A stretch of 64,000 bases of DNA from Fidelibacterota bacterium (GCA_018650795.1 JABIFG010000272.1:10512-74511), one strand, 5' to 3'. Positions 27,659 to 38,248 are shown, numbered from the stretch's first letter. Translations and numbers: made by a program. Notes: generated by a model from the sequence alone, not told the origin.

Positions 27659-27997
27659 ATGATGCCAAAAGGCGGAATGGGTAACCTTTTAAAACAAGCC
27701 CAAAAGATGCAAAAAGATATGGAAATCGCTCAGAATGAGCTGGCCGCCATTGAAGTGGAAGGATCTGCTGGTGGTGGCATGGTCAGTGTGAAAGCCAACG
27801 CAAAGATGCAGATTTTAGCCATTAAAATCGAGCCAGATGTTCTTGAGGATGATGTAGATATGGTTGAGGATCTCGTGCTTGCCGCAGTGAATCAAGCTCT
27901 GACAAATGCCCAGGATGCAGCCAACTCAAGAATGTCACAGGTTACAGGTGGCATGATGGGTGGCATGGGTGGACTCAATATTCCTGGACTTGGATGA
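27659..27997 (+). CDS. ybaB: nucleoid-associated protein YbaB/EbfC
   Basis: 112 aa with the conserved ML.QAQKMQ..M...Q.EL N-terminus. Conserved dnaX-ybaB-recR synteny. Confidence 0.9.
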   Translation: MMPKGGMGNLLKQAQKMQKDMEIAQNELAAIEVEGSAGGGMVSVKANAKMQILAIKIEPDVLEDDVDMVEDLVLAAVNQALTNAQDAANSRMSQVTGGMMGGMGGLNIPGLG

Positions 27998-28590
27998 AAA
28001 TTCTTCCTGATAGTCTGGAGCGTATTACCGAACAGTTCTCACGGTTCCCCGGAATCGGCAAGAAAACTGCGCAGAGAATGGCATTCCAACTGATTGAGTG
28101 GAATACTGAGGATGTACAGCGCCTTGGTGATGTGATCATCCAGAGCAGTGAGAAATTGAGACAGTGTTCCATATGCAACTTGATTACAGAAGTTGATCCA
28201 TGCCCGGTGTGTCTGGATACTCGCAGGGATGAATCCATACTCTGTGTCGTTGAAGATTCCAAGGATGTCGTTGCTATTGAGGAAACAAGTCGCTTTAATG
28301 GGGAGTATCACATCCTGGGTGGTGTACTTTCACCCCTTGAAGGTGTGGGTCCGGATCAATTGAATATTCGGAATTTACTTACACGGCTGGACAATATCAC
28401 TGAAGTTGTCATTGCCATGAATCCCAGTGTTGAAGGGGAGACTACATCATTATATCTGGCGCGGCTGCTTCAGGAGAGAGATATTAAAGTCACCCGTCTT
28501 GCACGAGGAATCCCCAGTGGTGGTGATCTTGAGTATATTGACGGTATAACCTTAGGGAGAGCCCTGGACGACAGGCATGAATTAACATGA
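27994..28590 (+). CDS. recR: recombination protein RecR
   Basis: HhH N-terminus, C4 zinc finger CSICN...CPVC, Toprim domain. Overlaps the ybaB stop. Confidence 0.95.
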   Translation: MKILPDSLERITEQFSRFPGIGKKTAQRMAFQLIEWNTEDVQRLGDVIIQSSEKLRQCSICNLITEVDPCPVCLDTRRDESILCVVEDSKDVVAIEETSRFNGEYHILGGVLSPLEGVGPDQLNIRNLLTRLDNITEVVIAMNPSVEGETTSLYLARLLQERDIKVTRLARGIPSGGDLEYIDGITLGRALDDRHELT

Positions 28591-29180
28591 TACATAATTT
28601 ACCGAATATTCTGACCATAATTCGAATCGTCATCACACCTATGATTGTCTGGTTGCTGATTGGGTTTGATAGTTTGGCCTTACATGCCTTCGCTCTGTTT
28701 TTATTTGTCATTGCTTCACTCACGGATTTATTTGATGGAATATTGGCACGAAAATTAAAGGTGGTCAGCGAATTTGGTAAATTCATGGATCCTCTCGCAG
28801 ATAAAATTTTGGTCAATAGCACCTTTATTACCCTAAATATTTTAGGCGTGATCCCTATTTGGATTACAGCAGTCATAATTCTGAGAGATGGCCTGGTGAC
28901 CTTATTACGCTGGGGGATGTTAGCGAATGGCCTCTCAATGCACACCAACAACCTGGCAAAAGCCAAAACGATATTTCAATATATCTCCATGTATGTTGGC
29001 CTGATTTTTATTCTTCTCGGACATTTTGAATCATTCGATACAATTGTTGCCTGGGCGGAAGAGTGGTTTGTTACTGAAACCATCTTTACTCTAACAGGTC
29101 TGGTAACTGCCTATACCGGTTTTAATTATTTATGGATAAACCGTACTTTCCTGAAAAACCTCTTTACGGAAAGCGAATGA
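28587..29180 (+). CDS. pgsA: CDP-diacylglycerol--glycerol-3-phosphate 3-phosphatidyltransferase (CDP-alcohol phosphatidyltransferase)
   Basis: DLFDGILARK CDP-alcohol phosphatidyltransferase motif; multi-TM. Confidence 0.85.
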   Translation: MIHNLPNILTIIRIVITPMIVWLLIGFDSLALHAFALFLFVIASLTDLFDGILARKLKVVSEFGKFMDPLADKILVNSTFITLNILGVIPIWITAVIILRDGLVTLLRWGMLANGLSMHTNNLAKAKTIFQYISMYVGLIFILLGHFESFDTIVAWAEEWFVTETIFTLTGLVTAYTGFNYLWINRTFLKNLFTESE

Positions 29181-29632
29181 TTCAACTTTTACGTGGATTC
29201 ACATCAGTAGGATATGTGGGTCTAATACCGGGTGCTCCTGGTACTTATGGTTCTCTGGTAACCTTACCCATAGCCTATTTCTGGAGTACGCTGGTTACTG
29301 ACAACCCATTTATCACTTTTGGCCTTATAGCAATAATTACTTTGCTGGGTGTGTTTGCCTCCAATAAGGTATCCACATCACTTGGTGTTGAAGATCCCGG
29401 TGAGATTGTCATTGATGAGCTGGTGGGCCAATGGATTGCGGTGCTCGCCATCCCTGCCCATTGGGGCTTCTGGCTGGCTGCATTCATCCTTTTTAGAGTA
29501 TTTGATATTTGGAAACCATGGCTTATTGATAAATCCCAGGATTTACCAGGGGGCATCGGTGTTATGATGGATGATGTGCTGGCCGGATTATTGGCACTCA
29601 TCATTATCCAGGGGGCTGCTGCGCTGATATGA
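29177..29632 (+). CDS. pgpA: phosphatidylglycerophosphatase A
   Basis: GLIPGAPGTYGS and VIDE..GQ blocks typical of PgpA. ATG overlaps the pgsA stop (ATGA). The ORF-track start at 29132 is probably too far upstream. Confidence 0.8.
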   Translation: MIQLLRGFTSVGYVGLIPGAPGTYGSLVTLPIAYFWSTLVTDNPFITFGLIAIITLLGVFASNKVSTSLGVEDPGEIVIDELVGQWIAVLAIPAHWGFWLAAFILFRVFDIWKPWLIDKSQDLPGGIGVMMDDVLAGLLALIIIQGAAALI

Positions 29633-30876
29633 AGAATATAACAGCCATCACAATTTCAATCGGTGATGAATTATTATCAGGCAGGACCCTGGATTCGAAT
29701 AATGCTTTTATCTCAAGGCAATTAGATCTCATAGGGATTTCGGTCGTCAAGAAAATGATCATCGGTGATATCGCTCAGGATATTAAAGATTCACTCGACT
29801 GGGCTTTTTCTCAAGCAGATGTGGTTACATTGACAGGTGGACTTGGTCCAACGCACGACGATATAACCAAATCTGTTCTATGCGAATATTTTGATGTTAG
29901 GCTGAAACTGTATCCCGAGTTGCTGGAAGCACTCAAGGATCGTTTTGCAAAACGAGGCTTCCAATTTTCAGAATCAAATACTTCTCAGGCAGAATATCCA
30001 GAAAATGCGGCACTACTTGAGAATCCTTTTGGAACTGCCCAGGGCATGCATATACAGCATGAGGGCAAGCACCTATTTGTTATGGCCGGGGTTCCCAGAG
30101 AGATGCAGATAGTTACCACAGATCAAATCATTCCGCTTCTCTCAAAAATAGCGCACAAATCCATCTCCATAATTGACATCCATTCAATCGGTGTTCCAGA
30201 ATCCACTCTCTATGAATTGACTAAACCAGTATTGGATGAATATCCCGATCTTAAAATAGCATACTTACCAAAACAGGGTATGGTCACCATACGAGTTTCT
30301 TTTCCATCAAGCTCTCCTGATGAAGAGCAGAAATTTACCACAGAGCTCTATGGTAAAATTCATGACCTAAAACCCAAAAACATTTATGGTCGAGATGAAG
30401 AGGTGCTTCCAGTTCTTATTGGCAAGCTTCTGAAGGCGAAACAGGCCACAGTTGCCACAGCTGAATCATGTACAGGTGGGTTAGTTGCCAGTCTTATCAC
30501 AGATATAAGTGGAAGCAGTGAATATTTTCAAACTGGCTTCGTGACCTATGCAAATGAGACAAAGATGTCCTTACTGGGTGTTGCTGAGCAGATATTGGTT
30601 GACTATGGTGCCGTGAGTGAAGAAACCGTTGCTGAAATGCTAAATGGGACTTTGCAGAAAAGTGGCGCAGACTATGCTATTGCGATCTCTGGAGTAGCTG
30701 GACCTACAGGTGGAAGTGAAGAAAAACCAGTTGGAACCGTATATATTGGTGTGGCAAATAACGCTCATCAGAATATAAAAAGATTCCAATTTGGGAAGAA
30801 CCGTATCTTGAATAAAGAAATGAGTGCCTTCTCAGCACTAAATCTTCTCCGGTTACTCATCGAGAAGGATGTTTAA
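29629..30876 (+). CDS. cinA: competence/damage-inducible protein CinA (NMN deamidase / MocF-like N-terminal domain)
   Basis: N-terminal MoCF-biosynthesis-like domain plus C-terminal CinA domain TAESCTGGLVA. Confidence 0.9.
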   Translation: MKNITAITISIGDELLSGRTLDSNNAFISRQLDLIGISVVKKMIIGDIAQDIKDSLDWAFSQADVVTLTGGLGPTHDDITKSVLCEYFDVRLKLYPELLEALKDRFAKRGFQFSESNTSQAEYPENAALLENPFGTAQGMHIQHEGKHLFVMAGVPREMQIVTTDQIIPLLSKIAHKSISIIDIHSIGVPESTLYELTKPVLDEYPDLKIAYLPKQGMVTIRVSFPSSSPDEEQKFTTELYGKIHDLKPKNIYGRDEEVLPVLIGKLLKAKQATVATAESCTGGLVASLITDISGSSEYFQTGFVTYANETKMSLLGVAEQILVDYGAVSEETVAEMLNGTLQKSGADYAIAISGVAGPTGGSEEKPVGTVYIGVANNAHQNIKRFQFGKNRILNKEMSAFSALNLLRLLIEKDV

Positions 30877-31451
30877 TGAGCGAAATAAGAACTTTTTTAG
30901 CTTTCCCGATTCCTAAGGAAATCAAAGGCTATTTTAAAAACATGCTCGAACCTATCATCGATAGGCAGGATAAAATTAATTGGGTTAAACGTGAGAATAT
31001 TCATATCACGCTTAATTATTTAGGTGAGATGGACTCTGAGAATGTTGAAGAACATGCCAGTCATATCGAATCGGTGATAAATTCTTTTCCTCCGTTTAAA
31101 CTGGGGACGACCGATACAGGTATATATCCTCATGCCAATGAACCAAGAGTCCTCTGGGTAGGTTCAGCACCATACGATCTCACGCTGAGTGCATTTAAGC
31201 AAAAACTGGATAAAGAATTAACTCTTTTAGGATATAGACTTGATAAACGACAATTTCAACCTCATATTACGCTCGCTCGCGTCAAAACAATCTCACGCAA
31301 AAGTTCGTTTATCCACAAATTTCTGACTACAGAAGTGCGTGAATTTAATTTTGAAGTCGATACAGTGTTGTGGATGAAGAGTACATTGACACCGACGGGT
31401 GCAGAGTATGAAGAATTGAAATCTTTTAAATTTAATAGTGGAGGTCAGTGA
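30876..31451 (+). CDS. thpR: RNA 2',3'-cyclic phosphodiesterase (2H family, LigT/ThpR)
   Basis: Two H-x-T-x motifs (HITLNYLG and HITLARV) in 191 aa. Confidence 0.8.
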   Translation: MSEIRTFLAFPIPKEIKGYFKNMLEPIIDRQDKINWVKRENIHITLNYLGEMDSENVEEHASHIESVINSFPPFKLGTTDTGIYPHANEPRVLWVGSAPYDLTLSAFKQKLDKELTLLGYRLDKRQFQPHITLARVKTISRKSSFIHKFLTTEVREFNFEVDTVLWMKSTLTPTGAEYEELKSFKFNSGGQ

Positions 31452-32482
31452 TGAGTGCTGCTCAAGGAAAATCAAAAGACAAAGATAAAGCCATAGAATT
31501 AGCCGTCTCCCAGATTGAACGACAATTTGGTGCGGGGGCAGTAATGAGACTTGGTGAAGATCAGATGAATCTGCAAGTTGAAGCCATCTCCACCGGTGCG
31601 CTTTCACTAGATGCGGCACTGGGAGTTGGTGGTGTACCTCGTGGAAGAATCATTGAGATCTACGGACCAGAATCGTCTGGAAAAACCACGCTGGCACTCC
31701 ATATCGTAGCCAGTGCCCAGAAAACCGGGGGCTATGCTGCTTTTGTTGATGCTGAGCATGCACTTGATCCCAAATATGCCGGTCAACTCGGCGTTGATGT
31801 CAAGAATCTACTCATCTCACAACCTGATTCAGGTGAGCAGGCTCTGGAAATCACAGAAACATTAGTTCGGAGTAATGCATTAGATGTCATCGTTATTGAT
31901 TCCGTAGCTGCACTAGTTCCACGCGCAGAACTGGAAGGGGAAATGGGAGACAGCCACATGGGCCTGCATGCTCGTCTTATGTCTCAGGCACTCAGGAAAT
32001 TGACAGGGGCAGTCTCAAAGTCGAACACCTCGGTTATCTTTATCAATCAGATCCGTGAGAAAATTGGTGTTATGTTTGGAAGTCCAGAGACCACTACAGG
32101 TGGAAGAGCGCTAAAATTTTACGCTTCAGTTAGAATGGATATTCGGCGAATAGGTTCCTTGAAAGATGGTCAGGACAATATCGGTAATCGTGTTCGTGTG
32201 AAAGTGGTTAAAAATAAGATGGCACCACCTTTCCGTGAAACTGAACTGGACATTATGTTTGGTCAGGGTTTCTCTTTTGAAGGTGATATTCTGGATCTGG
32301 CTTTGCAGGCAAATTTGGTACAGAAAAGTGGATCATGGTTTAGTTACGGTGAAGATCGTCTGGGCCAGGGTAAAGAAAATGTCAAAAACTTCTTTATTGA
32401 TAATCCAGATCTAATGGCAAAACTCGTTGGTGAAGTCCGCTTGTTTATGGGAATGGACGCTGCTGAAGAAAAATCTGAATAA
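31448..32482 (+). CDS. recA: recombinase RecA
   Basis: GPESSGKTT Walker A, L1/L2 loops, ALKFYASVR block. Confidence 0.97.
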   Translation: MMSAAQGKSKDKDKAIELAVSQIERQFGAGAVMRLGEDQMNLQVEAISTGALSLDAALGVGGVPRGRIIEIYGPESSGKTTLALHIVASAQKTGGYAAFVDAEHALDPKYAGQLGVDVKNLLISQPDSGEQALEITETLVRSNALDVIVIDSVAALVPRAELEGEMGDSHMGLHARLMSQALRKLTGAVSKSNTSVIFINQIREKIGVMFGSPETTTGGRALKFYASVRMDIRRIGSLKDGQDNIGNRVRVKVVKNKMAPPFRETELDIMFGQGFSFEGDILDLALQANLVQKSGSWFSYGEDRLGQGKENVKNFFIDNPDLMAKLVGEVRLFMGMDAAEEKSE

Positions 32483-32503
32483 TCAGATGTAGATATTCAA
32501 TAA

Positions 32504-32540
32504 TTGGGCTTCCATCTCAGCATGGGAGCCCAATTTGTAT
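32504..32540 (+). terminator. terminator-like hairpin after recA
   Basis: ttgggcttcc-N10-gggagcccaa followed by TTTGTATAT, a weak U-tract. Confidence 0.4.
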
Positions 32541-32580
32541 ATAACCGCCAAGTTCGCTGAGATCGCAAAGAAAATTTATT

Positions 32581-32967
32581 ATGCCTGAGTTATCCGAGAA
32601 TGAACTTTCTGAAAAGATCATTGGTGCTGCGATTGAAGTGCATAAAGAACTAGGTCCAGGTTTACTTGAATCAGCGTACGAAGCTGCACTTTTCTTTGAA
32701 CTGAACTCGATGGATTTAATGGTACAGAAGCAGGTGCCTGTGGAAACAATCTATAAAGGACACCGCTTATAAGTAGGCTTCCGGTTGGACTTAATAGTAG
32801 AGGACAAAGTGATCATTGAGTTGAAGGCAGTAGAAAAAATATCAAACGTTCATTTAGCTCAAACACTCACATATTTGAAGATTTGCAATAAGAAGTTAGG
32901 TTTGTTATTGAATTTTGATGTAAAGTATTTAAAATCAGGAATCAAAAGGGTTGTCAATAACCTATAA
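32581..32967 (+). pseudogene. GxxExxY-family (PD-(D/E)xK-like) protein gene interrupted by an in-frame TAA at 32770-32772
   Basis: The two track ORFs (32581-32772 and 32785-32967) are in the same frame. Together they give a full-length about 128 aa GxxExxY protein (GPGLLESAYEAAL ... DLIVEDKVIIELKAV ... GLLLNF...GIKRV). The TAA sits where family members carry an acidic residue (KLDVGYR). The true in-frame start of the second part is immediately after the stop. Confidence 0.75.
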
Positions 32968-33043
32968 ATATGGGTATTGAAATAGAAAGGCTCCGCGCTC
33001 TTTGCGTTTTTCGCGGTTAATGTATTACACATAGGTAAATAGT

Positions 33044-33685
33044 TTGTCCAAGATTACTAAAATCACCCAACAGAAGAAGCTTCGAGAGAGGTTCAATCTT
33101 TTCATCGATGGAAAATTTGAGCTTGGTGTAGATGGTTCACTCATTGTCAAGTATGACATCAAAGTGGGTGATGAGTATACCGATGAACTTAAACTCGATT
33201 TGGTGAATGATGATCGAGTTGAGATGGCCTATACAGGTCTACTTAATTTTATCGGCTATCGGGAGAGGTGTGAGTATGAGGTTAAACAGTGGCTCTACAA
33301 AAAGAAATATCACGATCTGTCGGATGAATTAATAACCAGGCTCAAAAACCAAAACTACTTGAATGATGAGAGATTTGCACAGCTCTTTATAAGGGATCGT
33401 GTGAAGATTAAAGGTTTTGGTCCCATAAGACTTAGACACGAGTTAAATGCAAAACGAATATCCAAACAGATTATTGAATCTGAAATTGAAGCCATCCGCG
33501 AAGAATATGATTTTAACCAGTTGGCTTTTGATCTGGCTGAACGAAAATTAAAGCATATTGAACAACCCACCTATAAAGATAAAAAACGTTTGTGGAGTTT
33601 ACTCCAACGCCGTGGATTTGAGGGATCATCGATCTCTTCAGCCCTGCACGGCTATTCCTTTGTCAGTGATGATGATCCATCCTGA
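33044..33685 (+). CDS. recX: recombination regulator RecX
   Basis: Three-helix-repeat RecX architecture, downstream of recA. Confidence 0.8.
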   Translation: MSKITKITQQKKLRERFNLFIDGKFELGVDGSLIVKYDIKVGDEYTDELKLDLVNDDRVEMAYTGLLNFIGYRERCEYEVKQWLYKKKYHDLSDELITRLKNQNYLNDERFAQLFIRDRVKIKGFGPIRLRHELNAKRISKQIIESEIEAIREEYDFNQLAFDLAERKLKHIEQPTYKDKKRLWSLLQRRGFEGSSISSALHGYSFVSDDDPS

Positions 33686-33741
33686 TCTTCTGACCACTAT
33701 TTAATATTACCATTTGGTGAATTGCCCTTCACCTCCTATGT

Positions 33742-36135
33742 TTGGCCAACCCCAAACATGTAGGAAATATGTACAAAAGTATCATGAACTTTGTGATGCC
33801 GCGTCCAATGATATTGGTATCACTTCTATTTATTCTTGGAATAATAATTCAATCAAAGCTCAGTTTACATATAGGATTGCTTGGTTTATTGACGAGTATT
33901 CTATTTGTCCTGGCCCTACTGCGACAACATTCAGAAATATTCCTCCTCATACTCATCATGTCAGGGTGTCTTAGAGTAGCACTCGATGAGATGATCCCTC
34001 TGACACATCTTTCAATATTTACCGCTAGAGCTGATTCTGTCTATGAAGTGAGAGCAGTTGTTCAAGATATTGGTGAAACCCGTAGAGGTAATCCAAAATA
34101 TTTCCTACGACCTGACAGAATCAACTCTCAGCTCATTTCAGGAGGATCACTGATTCTCTACTCAAAGGATATTAAGTGGGAGGTGAGTCTAGGTGATACC
34201 CTGACTGGAAAGATGCTTCTGAACAAGCCCAGGGCTAAACGAAATCCCCATGAATTCGATTATCGTGCATATTTAAAAGGTAGGGATATTTATTATGAAG
34301 CATTTTTGGAAAATCCCGAGGATGTAATCATTTACCCAAGAGGTGTCAGCTCTATCTCACTTTTAATGCGAGATTTGAAATCACTGATCACCCATCATTT
34401 TAATAAATATTTAACACCAAGGTCCGCTGGAATATTATCCGCCTTAATCCTCGGAGAGAAAAGCGATATTGAAGAATCCACTCGAAATGATTTTGCTAAT
34501 ACAGGTGTGATTCATGTATTGGCAGTGAGTGGGCTGCACGTGGGCTATGTCTCGATCATCCTGGTGACCATCTTTGGTCTACTACGTTTGCCGTATCATA
34601 TGAAAATGGTCAGTGTGATAACGGGGTTGCTATTCTATGTTGGGCTTACTGGGGCTGCTCCGTCGGTTATGCGCGCCTCAATCATGGCTTCACTGATGAT
34701 TGTAGCTGGTCTCCTTGAGAGAAAGTCAGATATCCTCAACCTTCTAGCGGCTGCTGCGTTCATCATACTAGCAATTTCTCCAACACAGCTTGATAACATT
34801 GGATTCCAACTCTCGTTTCTAGCTGTTCTAAGTATTGTAACACTTTTTCCAGTGTTCAAGGAGTGGGTGAGTGGGGTTTCAATTTCAGAATCAAGTACTA
34901 TTGGTAAAATATTCCTTCCAATCCTTGATCTCTTCCTTGTTTCTCTGGCTGCCCAGTTGGGAACATTGGCAATCACTATCTTTTACTTCAATAAAATTCC
35001 GATTGTAAGTCTCATTGCAAATCTGGTTGTGGTTCCACTGATTGGTATCATCGTGGCCACGGGAATGAGCTTTCTTATCTTGGGCTCCCTCTTTCCATTC
35101 CTGGCCGAAATGTGGGCTGCCACTTTAGAAGGTGTCATTGACTTCATGCTCTGGTTCGTTCAGCTATGCGCTCAGTTCGATTGGGCATACATGACAACTC
35201 GCTCAATTCAGCATTATGAGTTAGTACTTCTCATCTTCGGAGTCTTCTCAATGACCTTTTTGAAGATTCGAGCTGTGAGCAAATTATGGATAATACTATT
35301 ATTGCTCTGGTTAGGTATTCAAACCTGGCAGGTCCTCCTAATCCCTCCGCGACTCGAAATTATCATTTTGGATGTGGGACAAGGAGATGCAATACTCGTT
35401 CATGCTCCTAATGGAAATACCATACTCATCGATGCTGGTCAAAGATTCGGGGGTAAAGATATGGGGAAGGATGTTATTCAACCTTATCTAAAGTACCGCA
35501 ATTGGACAAAACTAGATATCCTTGTGTTAACACACCCCCACAATGATCATATCGGAGGAGCCCAGTATCTGGTTGAAAATGTTCCGGTGGGGAAGGTGCT
35601 CATGCCAGACATTGAATATGATTCCTTCGGTTACAAAATGTTATGTGAAAGTATTAGCACTTACAATATCCCGACCCAAACGGTTTTTGCAGGCTATATC
35701 GATTCAACTTTGAAACCAATATACTTCAGAGTGATGGGACCACAGTGGTATGAGCATGCATCCCAACCTTCAAACATCAATAACACCTCAATCGTTATGC
35801 AACTCTTCTATGGAGAAACCAGTATCATGCTCGCTGGTGATGGGGAAGAAATAATCGAACACAACCAACTTCCGCTAGGCATATTGTTGAAAAGTGATTT
35901 GATCAAAGCACCACATCATGGATCAAAAACGAGTTCCGGACAAGCATACATCGACCTGGTGCATCCTGAAATCTGCTTAATGAGTCTAGGCGTGAAGAAC
36001 AAATTCAGACATCCCTCTCAAATCACTCTCGATAAGTATATAAAACTTGGTTCAGAAATTCACAGAACAGATCTGGAAGGTGCTATTATCTATACCAGTG
36101 ATGGCCAGCAGTGGACGCGCCATGATTGGAAATGA
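33742..36135 (+). CDS. comEC: DNA internalization-related competence protein ComEC/Rec2 (start may be an internal Met at about 33787-33805)
   Basis: Polytopic competence domain followed by a C-terminal metallo-beta-lactamase domain HPHNDHIGG. Confidence 0.85.
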   Translation: MANPKHVGNMYKSIMNFVMPRPMILVSLLFILGIIIQSKLSLHIGLLGLLTSILFVLALLRQHSEIFLLILIMSGCLRVALDEMIPLTHLSIFTARADSVYEVRAVVQDIGETRRGNPKYFLRPDRINSQLISGGSLILYSKDIKWEVSLGDTLTGKMLLNKPRAKRNPHEFDYRAYLKGRDIYYEAFLENPEDVIIYPRGVSSISLLMRDLKSLITHHFNKYLTPRSAGILSALILGEKSDIEESTRNDFANTGVIHVLAVSGLHVGYVSIILVTIFGLLRLPYHMKMVSVITGLLFYVGLTGAAPSVMRASIMASLMIVAGLLERKSDILNLLAAAAFIILAISPTQLDNIGFQLSFLAVLSIVTLFPVFKEWVSGVSISESSTIGKIFLPILDLFLVSLAAQLGTLAITIFYFNKIPIVSLIANLVVVPLIGIIVATGMSFLILGSLFPFLAEMWAATLEGVIDFMLWFVQLCAQFDWAYMTTRSIQHYELVLLIFGVFSMTFLKIRAVSKLWIILLLLWLGIQTWQVLLIPPRLEIIILDVGQGDAILVHAPNGNTILIDAGQRFGGKDMGKDVIQPYLKYRNWTKLDILVLTHPHNDHIGGAQYLVENVPVGKVLMPDIEYDSFGYKMLCESISTYNIPTQTVFAGYIDSTLKPIYFRVMGPQWYEHASQPSNINNTSIVMQLFYGETSIMLAGDGEEIIEHNQLPLGILLKSDLIKAPHHGSKTSSGQAYIDLVHPEICLMSLGVKNKFRHPSQITLDKYIKLGSEIHRTDLEGAIIYTSDGQQWTRHDWK

Positions 36136-36153
36136 TTACCTGAATGTTGCTGT

Positions 36154-36193
36154 CCTCGAAATGTCCAGTAGCCTGCTCTCGAAATGTTCAGTA
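36154..36193 (+). repeat. two 17-nt direct repeats (ctcgaaatgtYcagta) spaced 23 bp apart, upstream of pyrC
   Basis: Direct reading of cctcgaaatgtccagta and tctcgaaatgttcagta. About 110 nt upstream of the pyrC start. Confidence 0.6.
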
Positions 36194-36304
36194 CACAGAG
36201 AAAACTGCAGGCATCAAGGTTTACCACAATCACACTATTTTTGGTTTCTATAAGACAGCCAAAAGGTCATATTATTGGCAAATAACAATACCAGGAGAAA
36301 ATGA

Positions 36305-37621
36305 ATGTCCTCACCAATTCTCATTAAAAATGCCAGATGTGTCTCTTCTCGGGGAATAACCCAGCAAGACGTACTCCTGGACAATGGTAAAATTGCGGAG
36401 CTTGGACAAATAGAAGAGAAACGTGCTGGTCAGATCATCGATGCCAGTAATTTATTCCTCTTACCTGGGGTACTCGATCCCCAGGTTCATTTTCGCGATC
36501 CCGGACTCACCTGGAAAGAAGATTTGAGGACGGGCTCTATGGCAGCTGCTTCTGGAGGAGTAACCAGTTTCTTTGACATGCCCAACACCAAGCCATCCAC
36601 AATCACAATTGAAGCGATGGCAGAACGGAAACAGCATGCTTCAGAGAAGTGTGTGGTGAACTACAATTTTTTTATTGGGGCAACCAATACCAATCTTGAT
36701 GTCCTTAATGGTGTCAAGAATGTTCCAGGAATCAAAATATTTATGGGCTCATCCACGGGAGATTTACTGGTCAGTGATACAAAAGATCTGGAAAACATAT
36801 TTGGAAATGGTTCTCGCCTCATCGCCGTCCATGCTGAAGATGATGATATCATCAACGCTGCTAAGGAAATTTATAAGAATTCAACAGATTTTAACCATCA
36901 CCAATTTGTACGACCTCCAGATGCAGCTCTCAAGGCTACGACTCTGGCAGTTGAACTGTCAATTAAGTATCAGCGTCGTCTGCATATTTTGCATACGACC
37001 ACCCTGGATGAGGTCAGGTATCTTGAAATTCAAAAATCAAAAGCGCCCATCTCTGCAGAAGTATGCCCCCAACATTTTCTTTTGAGTGCACCATATATAT
37101 ATAAGAAAATTGGTGCCTATGCCCAAATGAACCCACCCATCAGGAATATAGAACATGGTGAAGCGCTCTGGGATGGTCTGGTAAATGGGGTGATAGACTG
37201 TATTGCCACAGACCATGCGCCTCATACCCATGAAGAGAAAGCCAAACCTTTTGGTGAAGCTCCTGCTGGTATGCCCGGAGTTGAAACATCATTACCGATG
37301 TTACTCGATCGAGCAAATCGTGGATTATGTAGCATAGAAGATGTTGTGAAATGGATGTGTGAGAAACCTGTAGAGCTATATAGAGTTAAAAATAAGGGTC
37401 ACATCAAAACAGGATATGACGCTGATCTGGTTTTGGTGGATATGGGCAAAAAGAAATCGATTGAGAACGGAAAACTCTGGACCAAGGTCAACTGGAGTCC
37501 GTATGATGGTTGGACCACACAGGGATGGCCAGTAACAACTATTGTAAACGGAAATATCGTGTTTCAGGATGGCGAAATTGATGAACGCATCAAAGGCCGG
37601 GAAGTATTGATAGACGCTTAG
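36305..37621 (+). CDS. pyrC: dihydroorotase (cyclic amidohydrolase, long form)
   Basis: DPQVHFRDPG metal-binding HxH equivalent and DHAPH motif; 438 aa. Confidence 0.85.
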   Translation: MSSPILIKNARCVSSRGITQQDVLLDNGKIAELGQIEEKRAGQIIDASNLFLLPGVLDPQVHFRDPGLTWKEDLRTGSMAAASGGVTSFFDMPNTKPSTITIEAMAERKQHASEKCVVNYNFFIGATNTNLDVLNGVKNVPGIKIFMGSSTGDLLVSDTKDLENIFGNGSRLIAVHAEDDDIINAAKEIYKNSTDFNHHQFVRPPDAALKATTLAVELSIKYQRRLHILHTTTLDEVRYLEIQKSKAPISAEVCPQHFLLSAPYIYKKIGAYAQMNPPIRNIEHGEALWDGLVNGVIDCIATDHAPHTHEEKAKPFGEAPAGMPGVETSLPMLLDRANRGLCSIEDVVKWMCEKPVELYRVKNKGHIKTGYDADLVLVDMGKKKSIENGKLWTKVNWSPYDGWTTQGWPVTTIVNGNIVFQDGEIDERIKGREVLIDA

Positions 37622-38240
37622 TTCTCGCTGATATGATCCTGTAGAAATGTGTAGGCAGCCCTGGCAATGAGGGTATGCCCCTCATGAAAAGGATGTATTT
37701 GGTCATCAGCCCATTCTTTAGCAGGTTTCGTTTCCACTGCAGAATTAAACACTGATTGAATGTCAAGAACAGGAATGGCATGCTTAATTCCCAACTTCTT
37801 GACAACTTCACAATATTCTTCCATTTTCAAGTAAAAAGCTTCGGTACTTGAATCCGATATGAGGTAGGGCGTAAATAAGAAAAATTGGGCTTGAGGTAAG
37901 CCAGCCTGTAAATCATTGATGAGTTTATCAAGACCAATTTCGTAATTCTGAACTTGTCCACTATCACTATCACGAAGAAATCATTGTAGGCATCATTAAT
38001 TCCGATCATAATTGCGACTGCATCTGGATGGTGATCAAGGACATCTGTATTGAATCGTCCGAGCAAATCTCCAACGGTATGTCCGCTAACTCCAGAATTG
38101 ACAAACTGGACATCTTTTAAATCAGTATTGGCCGAAAACAGATCCTTTAATATTGAAACATAACCAACACCCAGAGGCACTTTTGGGCTTCGGTTTGCAG
38201 CCGTGATGCTATCACCAAAGAAAACAATATTTGAGATCAT
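37618..38240 (-). pseudogene. SGNH/GDSL hydrolase gene disrupted by a frameshift near 37940-37970
   Basis: Track ORF 37827-38240 carries block I GDSITA and block III GINDA, then runs into nonsense. Track ORF 37618-37830, extended upstream in its own frame, reads ...RDSDSGQVQNYEIGLDKLINDLQAGLPQAQFFLFTPYLISD... and carries block V DDQIHPF. The two frames switch inside the tandem hexamer (GTGATA)2GTG. Confidence 0.75.
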
Positions 38241-38248
38241 CTCAGCAC

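Noticed and set aside
32989-33020. Sequence similarity (about 20 of 26 nt, shared cgcg...gcggttaa core) between the hairpin at 3226-3255 and one at 32993-33016
   Set aside because: Both are GC-cored post-gene hairpins. The similarity is short and could be coincidental. There is no evidence of a dispersed repeat family within this window.
36047-36359. Two small ORFs (36047-36253, 36144-36359) spanning the comEC-pyrC spacer
   Set aside because: They overlap the comEC 3' end, the direct-repeat motif and the pyrC start. No RBS or conservation signals.
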